Shown in pieces: positions 13,327 to 24,651 of a stretch of 64,000 nucleotides of DNA (its first letter is position 1; every line of letters begins with the position of its first letter). A model generated the notes under the pieces. It was not told the DNA's origin. It saw nothing but the letters and a program-made list of their open reading frames with translations, and did not search any database. Source of the stretch: Cycas panzhihuaensis (lineage: Eukaryota > Plantae > Cycadophyta). The stretch covers positions 26,481,741-26,545,740 of the forward strand of contig CM041465.1 in NCBI GenBank assembly GCA_023213395.1, read 5' to 3'. The position numbers and the translations under genes are program-made.

Positions 13327-14277
13327 TTACCATACTTGATCACCCTTCTTGAAATACGATGTCTTGTCATGGCGGTCGTGCCTTGTCCTTTTCTGCCTTT
13401 TCCTTGGTGTGGTATGCTTTATTGATTTCTTCTTATGATCCCTTAATTGATCTTGGTTTATTATTCCTTCTTCCAACCAATGTTCTTTATAATGTATCAA
13501 ATGGGAAATTCCACATAGTGGTTCTTCATAAAAGGGCTTCACATAATCTCTAATGTATTCTTCATGATTTCTATCTTCTAGAGTGGCATTTTTGTTTCCT
13601 AGACCAGAATCTCTAGTGATACTCTCAGCAGGTTCCTTTTCTCCTTTCTCAAATTTGGCGCCGATGGTTGAAAAAGATCTCTCGCTGGGTAGGTGTACCT
13701 CTAAAGAAGATGAGGAAGGTTTGTTACTTCCTTCCTCGGGTTGGGATAGGGGTGGGGAAGTGCAATCTACCTCAAGACCCACACTAGAGGTAGAGGGAAG
13801 GTTAGGGTTAGAGGGGGTTGGGGTATTGGGAGGTGAATTAGGGTAAGGGTTTGGGTTAAAAGGGGGATTTGGGTTTGGGTCTAGGTTTTTAATATTATTA
13901 TTAACACTCGTATAATCAACAAATTCAGATTTAATATCAATATCCTTAGTTACATTCCGAGAAAGTAGGTTACACCTATAGGATGAGGGGTTCACTTCAT
14001 ATGCATCCCGTAGCCAATAATCCACAAATCTCATCCCGTTTTCATCGTCTAAAGAGTTGTAAATTTCTCTAAAGTGAGTTGGTTTGACTTCTTGGCAGTC
14101 GATTAGTTTGGTGGGTTCTTCAGTCGTATGGTAGAGATTTTCTTTGCCAAATGAAGAAGTTGTTGCTTCACTCACAATGGTTGTACTTGACCTGTTGTCA
14201 GGTATCACCTCAATAGAGTTCTTCCCCAACATTGGTAATACCACTTTGTTCCCATTATCCAATAAAGTGAAGGTCAC
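13327..14277 (-). CDS. Post-protease linker (Pro-rich) fused in frame to the integrase C-terminal region
   Basis: 316-aa ORF ending RQKRTRHDRHDKTSYFKKGDQVW. It continues past the stop as GELKMHWKGPYMIEKV (GPY/F-type integrase tail). Confidence 0.65.
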   Translation of the reverse strand: MTFTLLDNGNKVVLPMLGKNSIEVIPDNRSSTTIVSEATTSSFGKENLYHTTEEPTKLIDCQEVKPTHFREIYNSLDDENGMRFVDYWLRDAYEVNPSSYRCNLLSRNVTKDIDIKSEFVDYTSVNNNIKNLDPNPNPPFNPNPYPNSPPNTPTPSNPNLPSTSSVGLEVDCTSPPLSQPEEGSNKPSSSSLEVHLPSERSFSTIGAKFEKGEKEPAESITRDSGLGNKNATLEDRNHEEYIRDYVKPFYEEPLCGISHLIHYKEHWLEEGIINQDQLRDHKKKSIKHTTPRKRQKRTRHDRHDKTSYFKKGDQVW

Positions 14278-14283
14278 ATTCTT

Positions 14284-14799
14284 CTAGTTTTGGAGGCACT
14301 GGGTCTTATATAGCCACGACCTTCCCAAAAGTGTTGGATAGGGCGTTGCCCCTTTTTCTGTTTCTACAATGGTAAAGTCAATCTTTACTATAATTCTTAC
14401 CACATCCACCTTGATGTCGGCTAATCTTCCCATAGGTTGCACTAATAATTCGTTGGCCAACTTCAACGAATATGTTGCTGCTTCTAATTTTGGGCTTCCT
14501 AATTTTCACCACGTCGAAGCTGGTAATACATTGACCGCTGCGCCTCCATCAACAATTACTTTTGGGAATGTTTCTCCTAGTACCATCATTGTTACCATTG
14601 GATCCATATCAAATGATGGCATTATTTGCTTTAAACTCGTTGTAATTCCATGTTGTAGTACTCCTCCTTTATTCCAATCAATGACTTGGCATAGGGGGAT
14701 GGTCAACTGTAGTTGTTTGACCAAATTTTCCATCAACAACATCATTCTCAGAATGTCTTCCACCGGTAATCCTTTAAATAGTTCCTCCATTTGGACCAT
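14284..14799 (-). pseudogene. Gypsy aspartic protease
   Basis: KVIVDGGAAVNVLP followed by YPTLLGRSWL. Confidence 0.85.
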
Positions 14800-15049
14800 C
14801 TAAGGCTGCACTTTTGGCTCTTCTGGTATATTCTCTTTTTCTTTTTGTTTATTTTTCTATACGTATACGTACTTGGTTTCTGGTTTTCCCATCAGTAATG
14901 TATTTTCTTCTCGGGCTAAGCCATCCAATACTTGTTTTACTTTTTTAAACCGATCCATTTCTATTAGTGGATCCGGATATCCTTCATTTTGTTTCTCCTT
15001 CTGCTTATTCCAGAGTTTTACGTTTTTAGTTTTTGGTATGATCGTCATT

Positions 15050-16581
15050 AAGTTAGTGGCTTTGGCCTTCCCTTTACAATCCTCCATCTTATGGTCACTT
15101 GGGCCACAGTTGTTACATACAAACGGTTTCTGTTCGTATTCCTGTTTAGTTGGGCATTCTGACTTCCAGTGCCCAAATTACAAATAGATGAGGCATCTAC
15201 CCATTGGTGGTTTCTTTCTCAAGGGCTCTTGTGTACCCCTTATTGTGTAAATATTTGGAGGTGGGTTGCCTCCCCTTCCCCTACCTCGTCCTCTGTAGGC
15301 TTTCCCTTTGGGATTATAGAAACAATCCTTAGTCATATATATATCTACATCGCATATGTGGCCCCATCTGTCCTGTTGGTACAACGCACTATTTTTAAGA
15401 TTCAGTTTACATTCTTTAGTGGTATGTGAATTCTCTTCACAGATATAGCACTATTTGGTTATCCTCCTGGCATGGTCTTTCTTTTTCGTCATTTCTTCTT
15501 CTTCTCTGTTATTTCTAATTTTTAGCCTGGTCACTTCCTTTATTAAGGCTTCTAATTCTGATTCCTCTTCTGCTATCCCCACCTGGCATAAGGGTCGATT
15601 ATACTGATTTTGTTTGAGTTCCCTGATCTCCTCTTGTAATCTTAATAATAGAGAGTCCTATCCTCCTACCTGTGCATCCATTTCCATTTCAAAATCCAAC
15701 GTTAGATCTTGGGTATTTTTAAACGATTTCAACGGATGGGCATGCATCATGGCCCTCAGTTTCTCATTCAATCCTCTCACAAAATAGTTTTTCATGTTGT
15801 GTTCAGTTATTGTTTCGTTAATCATACTGGCCGCAATGATTTTCATTCTGTTGATATAAGTTAGCATTGATTCTCCTGGCCTTTGTTTAATTTCCCTCAA
15901 GGCGATTTCCACTACTACATTACGTAACTTCAAATCTTTCTTCGAAGGATTTCTTGATCTTTGCCCATGAATCATTCTTGTTTATTTCTTTATACCATGC
16001 CAATGGTACTCCCTCGATGCTGTGAATCTGGCTTTTATTTCATCCTCGTCTGTAATCTTTTTCACATCAATCAGATTCTGAAAGAGATATACATATTCTT
16101 CTGCATCCAAAGTGTCATTAAAAATCAACTTTCTAAAATCTCTGTAATCATCCATCTTGGGGGATTGCAACGGTGTCCTACCTAGTGGTGATTCTTCCCT
16201 TCTCCCCTCCTTTGGGAATGCACTTGGAGTGCCTACTACTATATTATCTTTCCTAAATAACAGATTCTTAAATGGAGTTTTGATATGTATAGGTTCCACT
16301 ACACCTGGCACTTGTATAGTTAATGGTGTCACTATAATATATGATTGATTAGATCCCTTTTCTAATGAATCCTCAAAAAGCTGTCTTGTGAGCTTATTTT
16401 TCCAATATGCCGAGGGACCTTCCGCTGCCTTCTTTTCGCTGTCACTTAGGTCCTTCAGACTCTCCTCCATAGGTATACTTCCCTCTTCTAAGGTTTCTTG
16501 ATGCTTTTCATCCACCTTTGGTTTCCCTTCAATTTCTGGGCTAAACAAATCATCTTTGATTAGGGCTGGTGTTAATACCAT
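15050..16581 (-). pseudogene. Gypsy gag with zinc knuckles
   Basis: LREIKQRPGESMLTYINRMK...YFVRGLNEKLR (retrotransposon gag) and knuckles GHWKSECP and CNNCGPSDHKMEDC. Several stops and frameshifts. Confidence 0.85.
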
Positions 16582-16938
16582 ACGTTTGCCATTAGTTCCC
16601 TCTTCTTGTTCTTAAGGTGTCTGGGCTCCACTTGCCTCAGATCCTTCAACGGACTATCCCTTAGTCTTGTTGTTCTACGAACTTAATCTCCTCGCCCTTC
16701 TGAGTTTTGATTCCTTTAAACATCTTAATGCCCTTCGTCTACTGATTTCCTTCTCTTTGGGTGAAGTATCCTTTTGTGGCTCTTCTGACCTTGAAGGCCT
16801 CTTAGGTGGCATTGGGAGGTCCCCTAGCTGTCGGTGGCTTAGTTACAACCTACCATCATGACGGTAGCTAGGGTCCTCTGCCCTTTACACATTCCTTTCC
16901 TTGAAACTCCTGGGCCCTGTCCCTCCTCAACGGACGTA

Positions 16939-16951
16939 GGCAATGGAACCA
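16939..16951 (-). promoter_or_regulatory. Primer-binding site complementary to tRNA-Glu 3' end (TGGTTCCATTGCC)
   Basis: Adjacent to the 5' LTR. 12/13 match to the complement of the recalled plant tRNA-Glu 3' end GGCAACGGAACCA; the mismatch is a CpG transition. Confidence 0.8.
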
Positions 16952-16952
16952 A

Positions 16953-17821
16953 TGTTGACTGGGGTTGGTTCCCACTACAATTGTGGGAATAGTACACTTG
17001 TCAAGGTTACACAGGCTATAGTCTAGTCAGGATACTGTCAACATGGTTATTCACATACATTCCATAGATTATTCACAAAATTATATTACAATAGTACACA
17101 GTAGCACAGAATTTAATACATATTCAACACTTCATCCTTATAACACAAATAATACACAGCTTTCCACGTAACTCTTCTTTTTATTAAGTAATAAGTTCAA
17201 TTACACAGAGGGCTCGAATACATTCCTGTGCATTCTAGAAGCATACACTCCTTCTATTACATGCATACCCATATGGTATTTATCAATGAACACTGCTCCA
17301 ATTGGCTGTCATGCATGCTGGCATCTACACCATTGCGTACCCTTGATAGTCGGCTCTCACCCTTTGAGAGTATATAATAGGATTGAATCACTCAGCTCTC
17401 ATACTAGAATGGTCTTCAAAGCATCATTAAATATGTCCCTTTGATGCCTTTTAGGTGAAAGGTTATGACCCAAAGTCATAACCATACCTTTTTGTCACCA
17501 AGGTACCCTTTCACTTTAACACTTGATTAAGTCTCCTTAATGGTGTCTTTTCTGATCCGTACATCCATACGTATGTCTGGTAGCTCCCCATGCTTCCACT
17601 GGTCCTGTACTATCATACATACCGCTTCCATCTATTTCCATTCTACTGCTAGTACGTATTGCGTTACAGAATGCTTTTGTTATACACATACCTAGAATGC
17701 TAGTTTTTCCACTGTTTCACCTCGTGCGTACCTCCGTACGATCTGTACCTACATTCCTTTGGTTCATACAAGCCTGTATTCCATCTTCCTCAAGGCCTAT
17801 GTGTCATAATATATCCCAACA
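16953..17821 (-). repeat. 5' LTR of the non-autonomous Gypsy
   Basis: TG..CA termini, PBS adjacent, TATTTAA on the minus strand at about 17427-17433. Confidence 0.95.
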
Positions 17822-19821
17822 ATGACAGGCAGAAAGGAATGGTTTTATGAATTAACCAATGCAAAAGGTTAAATTATCATTCTAAGTGATAATGCCATGC
17901 TAAAATCTAAAGGAATTGGCAAAGTTCTAACGGCCATTATTAAAGGAAAAAGGAAGAACATTGAAGACATTTTATTTATGCTAGGACTCAAGTTATACCT
18001 AATTTTAATCTCCCAAATTGTAAAACAAGGAATGGAAATTAAATTCCATTATAAAAAGTGTATTAACACTAATGAAGATGGAATTATTATTGTAGAAGGT
18101 AATACAATTGATGACATATATATTTTGGAAGGAAAATCTAGAATTTAGAAAGACTATACTTCTATAACTGATGAAAATGATATATGGTATAATAGAATGG
18201 GACATTTGAACTATCAAAGTCTTTAATTGATGTATAAATTAAACACGATGTCTAGACTTCCTAGATTGAAAACAAAGAATTATGTTTGTGAATCTTACAT
18301 CATGGCAAAGTAACACAAGGAACCATTTCTAAAAGGTAAAGATGGGAGAGTAAAGGTGAAGTTGGAGCTAGTACACTATGACATTTATGGACCAATGCAA
18401 GTGACATTGATTAGAGGCGAAATATTTTCTAACATTCAATAATAACTTTTCTACTTTAGGAATATCTAATCAAGGATAGGTCACAAGCCCTCTCCATCTT
18501 TAAGCAATTCAAAGAATGTGTGGAAAATGAGACTAGATTAAGATTGAAGATAATCTAATCAAACAATGTAGGTAAATAGACTTTAAAGGAGTTTGACTAA
18601 TATTTCAAAGACCATAAAATCAAGAAGCAATTCACAACTACCTATGCTCTTAAATAAAATAAAGTAGTTAAACAAATGAACTAGACTTCGATAGAGAAGT
18701 CCAAAGGCATGATGAAAGTTAAAGATGCTTCTAAAAATATTTGGTTGGAGTCACTAAAGACTATTATTCATGTGACTAATTATAGTCACATAAAGGTTAT
18801 TTAGAATCAAATGCATGAGGAGGCTTAGACAAGAATCAAGTCAATTGTAAGTCATTTAAAAACTTTTGGGAGCATTGCATATATTCATACACCCAAGGAG
18901 AAAAGAACAAAGTTCGATGATAAGAGCTCAAAATGGATTCTCATCAGATACAGTTAAAAAAGTAAGGATTACCACTTGTATGAGTTAAAGAAGAAGAAAA
19001 TTCATACAACTCATGATGTCTCTTTGATGAAGATGATAAAGAGCTTGATTTAACTTCTTTTGACATTGAGTAACAACCTACGATAAACATCAACCAACCT
19101 AAATGTTGTTCATCGAAATAAGTTGTCATGTTCAATCTTGATCTAAACACTAAAATAACATCATCTAATGTTAAGTACAAGAAATTCTAGTTTGAAGAAA
19201 CACATGCTATAGAATTGTCATCAATAAATTCTTTAGAGGATGATGAAGAACCTAAGGAATATGTGTCAAAAGGTCTCTAATCTCCCTTAAAGAAAAAGTT
19301 GCCTAATTGATATCTGAAGATAATAGGTGACTTAAAGTTACCTAAACCTAAAGGAAAGTGAAAGTCAAAATATATACATCAAGACCAAGTCAACATTACT
19401 CTTATAGCATATATTCTAAATGTTGAAGAGCCTTCCACTTTTGAGGAGGTAGTTAAGGAGTAAAAGTTGAAAGTTATGATGGATGGTGAAATTCAAGTAG
19501 TAAAGAAAAATAAGAGCTAGAACTTAATTAGATTACCTACTAATAAATACATAATTGGCTACAAGTAGGCCTATAGGATGACATTAAAAGAAAATGGAAC
19601 CATTAACAAATACAAGGCTACACTAGTTGTGAAAGGTTTTAAGTAAAACGAAGGCATTAATTATCAACAGACCTTTACACCAATGGCAAAGATGAACACC
19701 ATTAGAATCATTTTTGGTGATTATTGCTCAATTTAAATGGAAAATTCACTAGATAAATGTAAACAATGCCTTCCTAAATAGAGACCTTACTAAATTAGTA
19801 TACATGGACAAACCACCTAAG
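17822..19821 (+). pseudogene. Copia A, part 2: protease, integrase and RT N-terminal part
   Basis: MTGRKEWF, WYNRMGHLNYQSL, LELVHYDIYGPM, HLKTFGSIAYIH, NAFLNRDL..VYMDKPP, then interrupted. Confidence 0.92.
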
Positions 19822-20115
19822 TGGAAGCTAGGATTGAAACATAGAACCAAATTGACATATAAAGACATAATTTTTTCAAGTAGAATTGTTCTACCATCAA
19901 AATAATTAAAATTCATTAACAACTAATACAATTTTAATTATTTAATATATAATAAAATACATCTATATATACAAGCAAAATTAGTAACTATTATTAAATA
20001 AGTTCATAAATGCCCTAATATATGTCATAAGTCCATTTAGGATTTTGTAACTCCTAGTGACTCACCTACCCTATTTTGTCCACATATGAACATCAATCTA
20101 AGACTCTCTCTTAAT

Positions 20116-23053
20116 GTTCATATCATTGGCTTTAATACCAATAAAAAATATAAATTTATCAAACATATCCCTAAGTAAAGTTTTAGTAGAAACATCAGCA
20201 ATCAGTTCCTATGTTGGCTTATATAGAAGATCAACCTCTCCATTCTAGACCTACTCTCCAATGAAGTGATGATGGATCTCAATATGTTTGGAACAAGCAT
20301 GGAATACTAGATTCTCAATAATCTTCAAGGTACTTTGATTATCACACTGTAATATAGTTGCCTACTCCTCATATAGTCTCAAATCATGAAGCACTTGCCT
20401 CAACCAAATGGCTTCATAAATTGTTGTAATAACAACTCTGTATTATGCCTTAATGGATGATAAAACAACATTGGGTCATTTATTGTTGCTTTAAGTGACA
20501 ATAGTAGAACTCATACTGAAGTAAAAACCTGAAGTGGGCCTTCTATTATTCTCACATCTAACCCAATTGAAATCTAAATATCTAATTAGCTTAAAATTAT
20601 TATTTTGGTTAAACTCTATTTTAAACTATAGTGTCCCCTACAAATATCTCAAAATACTCTTCATAACTTTCCAATAGCTCTACTTTGGTTTATCCATAAA
20701 CCTCAATACCATACCAACTATAAAGGAAATATCAAGCCTAGTAGTAGTCAAATAGATCAAACTACTAACTAGTTGTCTAAACACCATGCCATCAACTCAC
20801 TTATTATCTAAAGCTATTAACTTTAAACCTATTTTTATGGGGGTATCAATAAGTTTACAATTCTCCATTATGAATCTCTTTAGAATTTTCCATGCATATC
20901 TAGCATGTGAAATGAAGATTTTCCTAGGCTTCTGTCATACTTCTACTCCCAAAGTAGTGGATCAATCCAAAGATATGTCATCTTAAATATCTTCTTGAAG
21001 TTGTCTTTCAAACCTTCAATCTTTAAGATATTATTTCCCATGAACACAAGATCATCTATATATAGAATTACAAAAATGACTAAATTTTCTTCAACCTTGA
21101 TATAGAGGTTTAGATTTATTGGTGGTGTCTAAAACCTATTATTCAAAAAATATTAATCAATCTTAGAATACTAGGTTATTGGAGTCTATTTGAGGCCATA
21201 CAAAATCTTCTTCAAGTGACATACTAAATGCTCTTTGCCTTTGGAAATATATCTAAGTGGTTGCTCTATATAAACCTCCTATACAGTATCTTTATTAAGG
21301 AAAATACTTTTGACATCAAGTTGGCATAATTACCATTTAAATTGAGCTACTATCACCAATATTAATCTAATCATTACTATCTCTACTATTGTAGCAAATG
21401 TCTCCTAGTAATCAATCCCTTTTATCTAGTTGAATACTTTAACTACCAATCTAGCTTTATGCTTATTGATTGTGCCATCTAATTTGGATTTGGTCTTATA
21501 AACCCATTTGTAACTAATTACCTTCTTGTCTACTGACAAATCAACTAAATCCCATGTTTTTTTCTACTCAATAACATAAATCTTAGCATCCATAGTTGTC
21601 CTCCACTATTTCTATTAGTTAGCCTCCTCAAAACTTAAAGGCTCATCAATATCTAACACATTTGCCATCAAAGCAAAACTGGCCATATTAGGTCTTATCT
21701 TTGATATTCATTTACATGGTTTTGAGATACCATTTTAAAATTTTGACAAGTGGAGCGACCTTAGCCTATGTGTCTGGTTATGTCTCTTAATCATCTTCAT
21801 ACTCCTCCTTAATTTCTTCCTCCTTTCTTAGCTCTATCTTAAACTTGACAAACTATTGTCTCAAAGAACTAGAATCAAGTTTATTCTTTGATTTATTTCC
21901 CTTTGTCTTGCCATATCTTCAAAGTGTCTAGATCTTGATCCTAATCTAAAATATGTTTCTTTACCTCCTTGAAGATAACATCCTAAGATATGTATACTCT
22001 TTTAGATATCAACTCATATATACGGTATGCTTTACTCTCTTCACTATATCCCATGAGGATACACTTGGAATTCTTATCATCAAATCTCTAGAAATTTTTT
22101 TTAGGAGGATGTATATATGTCATGCTTCTAAAGATTCTAAGATGGCTTACTATAGGTTTATATCCTAGCCATGTTTCTTAAGATGTTTTATTCCATACAG
22201 CCTTAATCACACTCTCATTTATTAAGTACATTATTATACAAATAGATTTTTCCTAAAAAATATCTGAGAGGATCTTAGCCTTTATCATCGACTTGGTCTT
22301 ATCAATTAATGTTTTATTCCTTCTCTTAGCTACTCTATTTTGTTGAGTATATATGATTATTAACTATTTCTTTATGTTGTGATCCTTGTAAAATTAGACA
22401 AAAGCATTGGATTTGTATTCTCCCCTATTATGTGATATTAGTCTCTTAATTTTTTGTTTACATTCATTCTCCAATTTTGCTTTAAACTCCTTAAACATGT
22501 TGAATGCCTAAGACTTCTTCATTGAAGGATAAACCCAAACCTTCCTTAAAAAGTCATCAATGAAGGTTAAGAAATATCTTGCATCTGTGAGTAAACTGGT
22601 TGGCATAGGACCATAGATGTCAAAATGGATCAAGCTTATCCTTTTAGTTTCCCTCTAAGCTTCACCTTTAGGAAACTTTTCCCTATGTTACTTTCCATAA
22701 ATGTAGGGTTCATAAATACCCTTTTTTACCTTGAATTTTAGGAGACCATATACCATATTTAATTTGTTCATCAATTGAAGGCTAAGGAAATGTAGATGCC
22801 CCAATCTTTTACATCAAAATTAAATCTTATTTGGCATATCTATAGTCAAATATATTCTTTAATTTATAGACTTACTTAAAAGTTTATAAAGATGGTTATC
22901 CCTTATACCTTCTTTGATCATTTTTCCATCATGATCATTAATGATAGCTCTTCTGTCTTTAAAGAGAACACCTATCCCATTGTCCTCTATATGACTAACA
23001 TAAATCAAGTTCATTTTTAATCCTAACACATATAAAATGTTCTCCATATAATA
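20116..23053 (-). pseudogene. Copia B pol (integrase-RT-RNase H) relic
   Basis: ENILYVLGLKMNLIYVS, YFLTFIDDFLRKVWVY, FRQLVSSLIYLTTTRLDISF and IADVSTK on the minus strand. Confidence 0.9.
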
Positions 23054-24651
23054 TATTAGAATGTTAATATTTTATCCTAACATTGTATTTTATGAAACCA
23101 AAAGGGTTATGTGTCATTATACCCTCTTTGTATTAATTTGATACTTATCACTCATGATGGACACTTGTCATCTATGTACAAATCAACTATGTAAGATTAC
23201 TTATCTAAATAAGGAAATATCCATCTCATCAAATTAATGAAGAACTTAATTCCATTATCTAAGAGTTATGTTTAGTATGTTTTTTAATATAGTATCAAAA
23301 CAAGTTGAATAGACTGAGTGAGAATTGCTCAAGAATAAGAAGGTACAAGAAATTAAAGGAGTTGTAAGAAGAAGACAAGAACCAAAAATCTAAAAGAAGG
23401 AATAAAGGACAAAAATCAAGTACTTGATAAGATTATACAATGTTGTATAGAATTGTATGAACCTATATGGGCAATTTTTAAAGCACTTAGATTGAAATAA
23501 AATTTTACCAACAAGGATGTCTCACTAAGTACATTCCATTGTCTCAAAGACACATTTGCAAATTTAGCCTTGATAAGTGGAAAATTAGAGAAAATCAATC
23601 TCATGGGTTTAGAACTTATGAAGTAGATTTTTTCTAATTTTTTAAATCTCAAGTCATGTAAGCAGACTCAAAACAATCCTCTAGTTATAAGCTCTCTATT
23701 GAATATTAGTTTGTAAAGTTAGATTTAAGATTTTGAGATAAATAAGCAAAAATGAAGTTTAAATCGTAGTCACCCCTCTATATTTGAAAAGTATTTTCTA
23801 CCTATTAGAGACCTAAATCGAAAAACCAACTTTAGATCCCTATGTACGGCCTCATTACCTTCGATCTAAGAGGGTTTCAGAAAAAGTCATACACCTATTC
23901 TTTTGGTTGTACATCTATATGACTCCATAAACCATTCTTGTTATAATTATCTCATAGGCTTGAATCATAGTTCTTGTCTTCAAAAATATCAAAATAGCCT
24001 CAATTTATTCTCTAAGTGAGTCAAATAAATTGATAGGTATAAATTAATCAATATGGAAAATTAAAATGAAGGGAATTCTAATTACAAAGAATGCATGGGA
24101 GTTAGTCACTAAAAAAGAAGTAAAATTAACCACAAATGTAGCAACAAAAATTAGTTGGGAGGAAAAGGATAGGCAGGATCTAGTCATAATCACTCTATCC
24201 ATTAGTGACTCAATTTTAGGTCATACTAGTAAAGTCTTTACTTTTGTTAAATCATAGAAAATACTAGCTTCCTTATTTAGCCAAAAGAATGAAGCCCACA
24301 TTATTTCTCTAAGAGAACAACTCTACTAAATACATTTATATAAGGGAGAGCAAGTTACTAATTTCATCACCTAACTGGTGGAAATCAAGGATAACCTAGC
24401 CTCTATTGGAGAGACCATATCAAATACTAAAATTATTTGTCTCATACTTAATAAATTGCTAAAATCATTTAACAACCCGGTAAATACTCTTACTATTAGT
24501 GGGCAAAATTAAAATTATATGGTCATTTATTTCAACAGGAGTAAAGAACTCATAAGTATGAAAAGGCAGTAGATATTTAATAAGCTTTTACCTCAAGGGT
24601 TAGAATCAATAAAAGATGGGGATGAAGTGCTAGAGGAAGATCATTTGAAAC

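Larger units (their letters stand above)
11874..17821 (-). mobile_element. Non-autonomous Ty3/gypsy LTR retrotransposon (gag-PR-integrase C-terminus; no RT, RNase H or integrase core)
   Basis: Two LTRs of about 870-880 bp (TGTTG...CAACA) and a 5-bp TSD ATGAC (11869-11873 / 17822-17826). It interrupts the host copia protease motif HMTGRKEWF. Confidence 0.95.

Noticed and set aside
13801-13860. Interstitial telomere repeat
   Set aside because: Only isolated TTAGGG-like hexamers, explained by Asn-Pro codons on the opposite strand.
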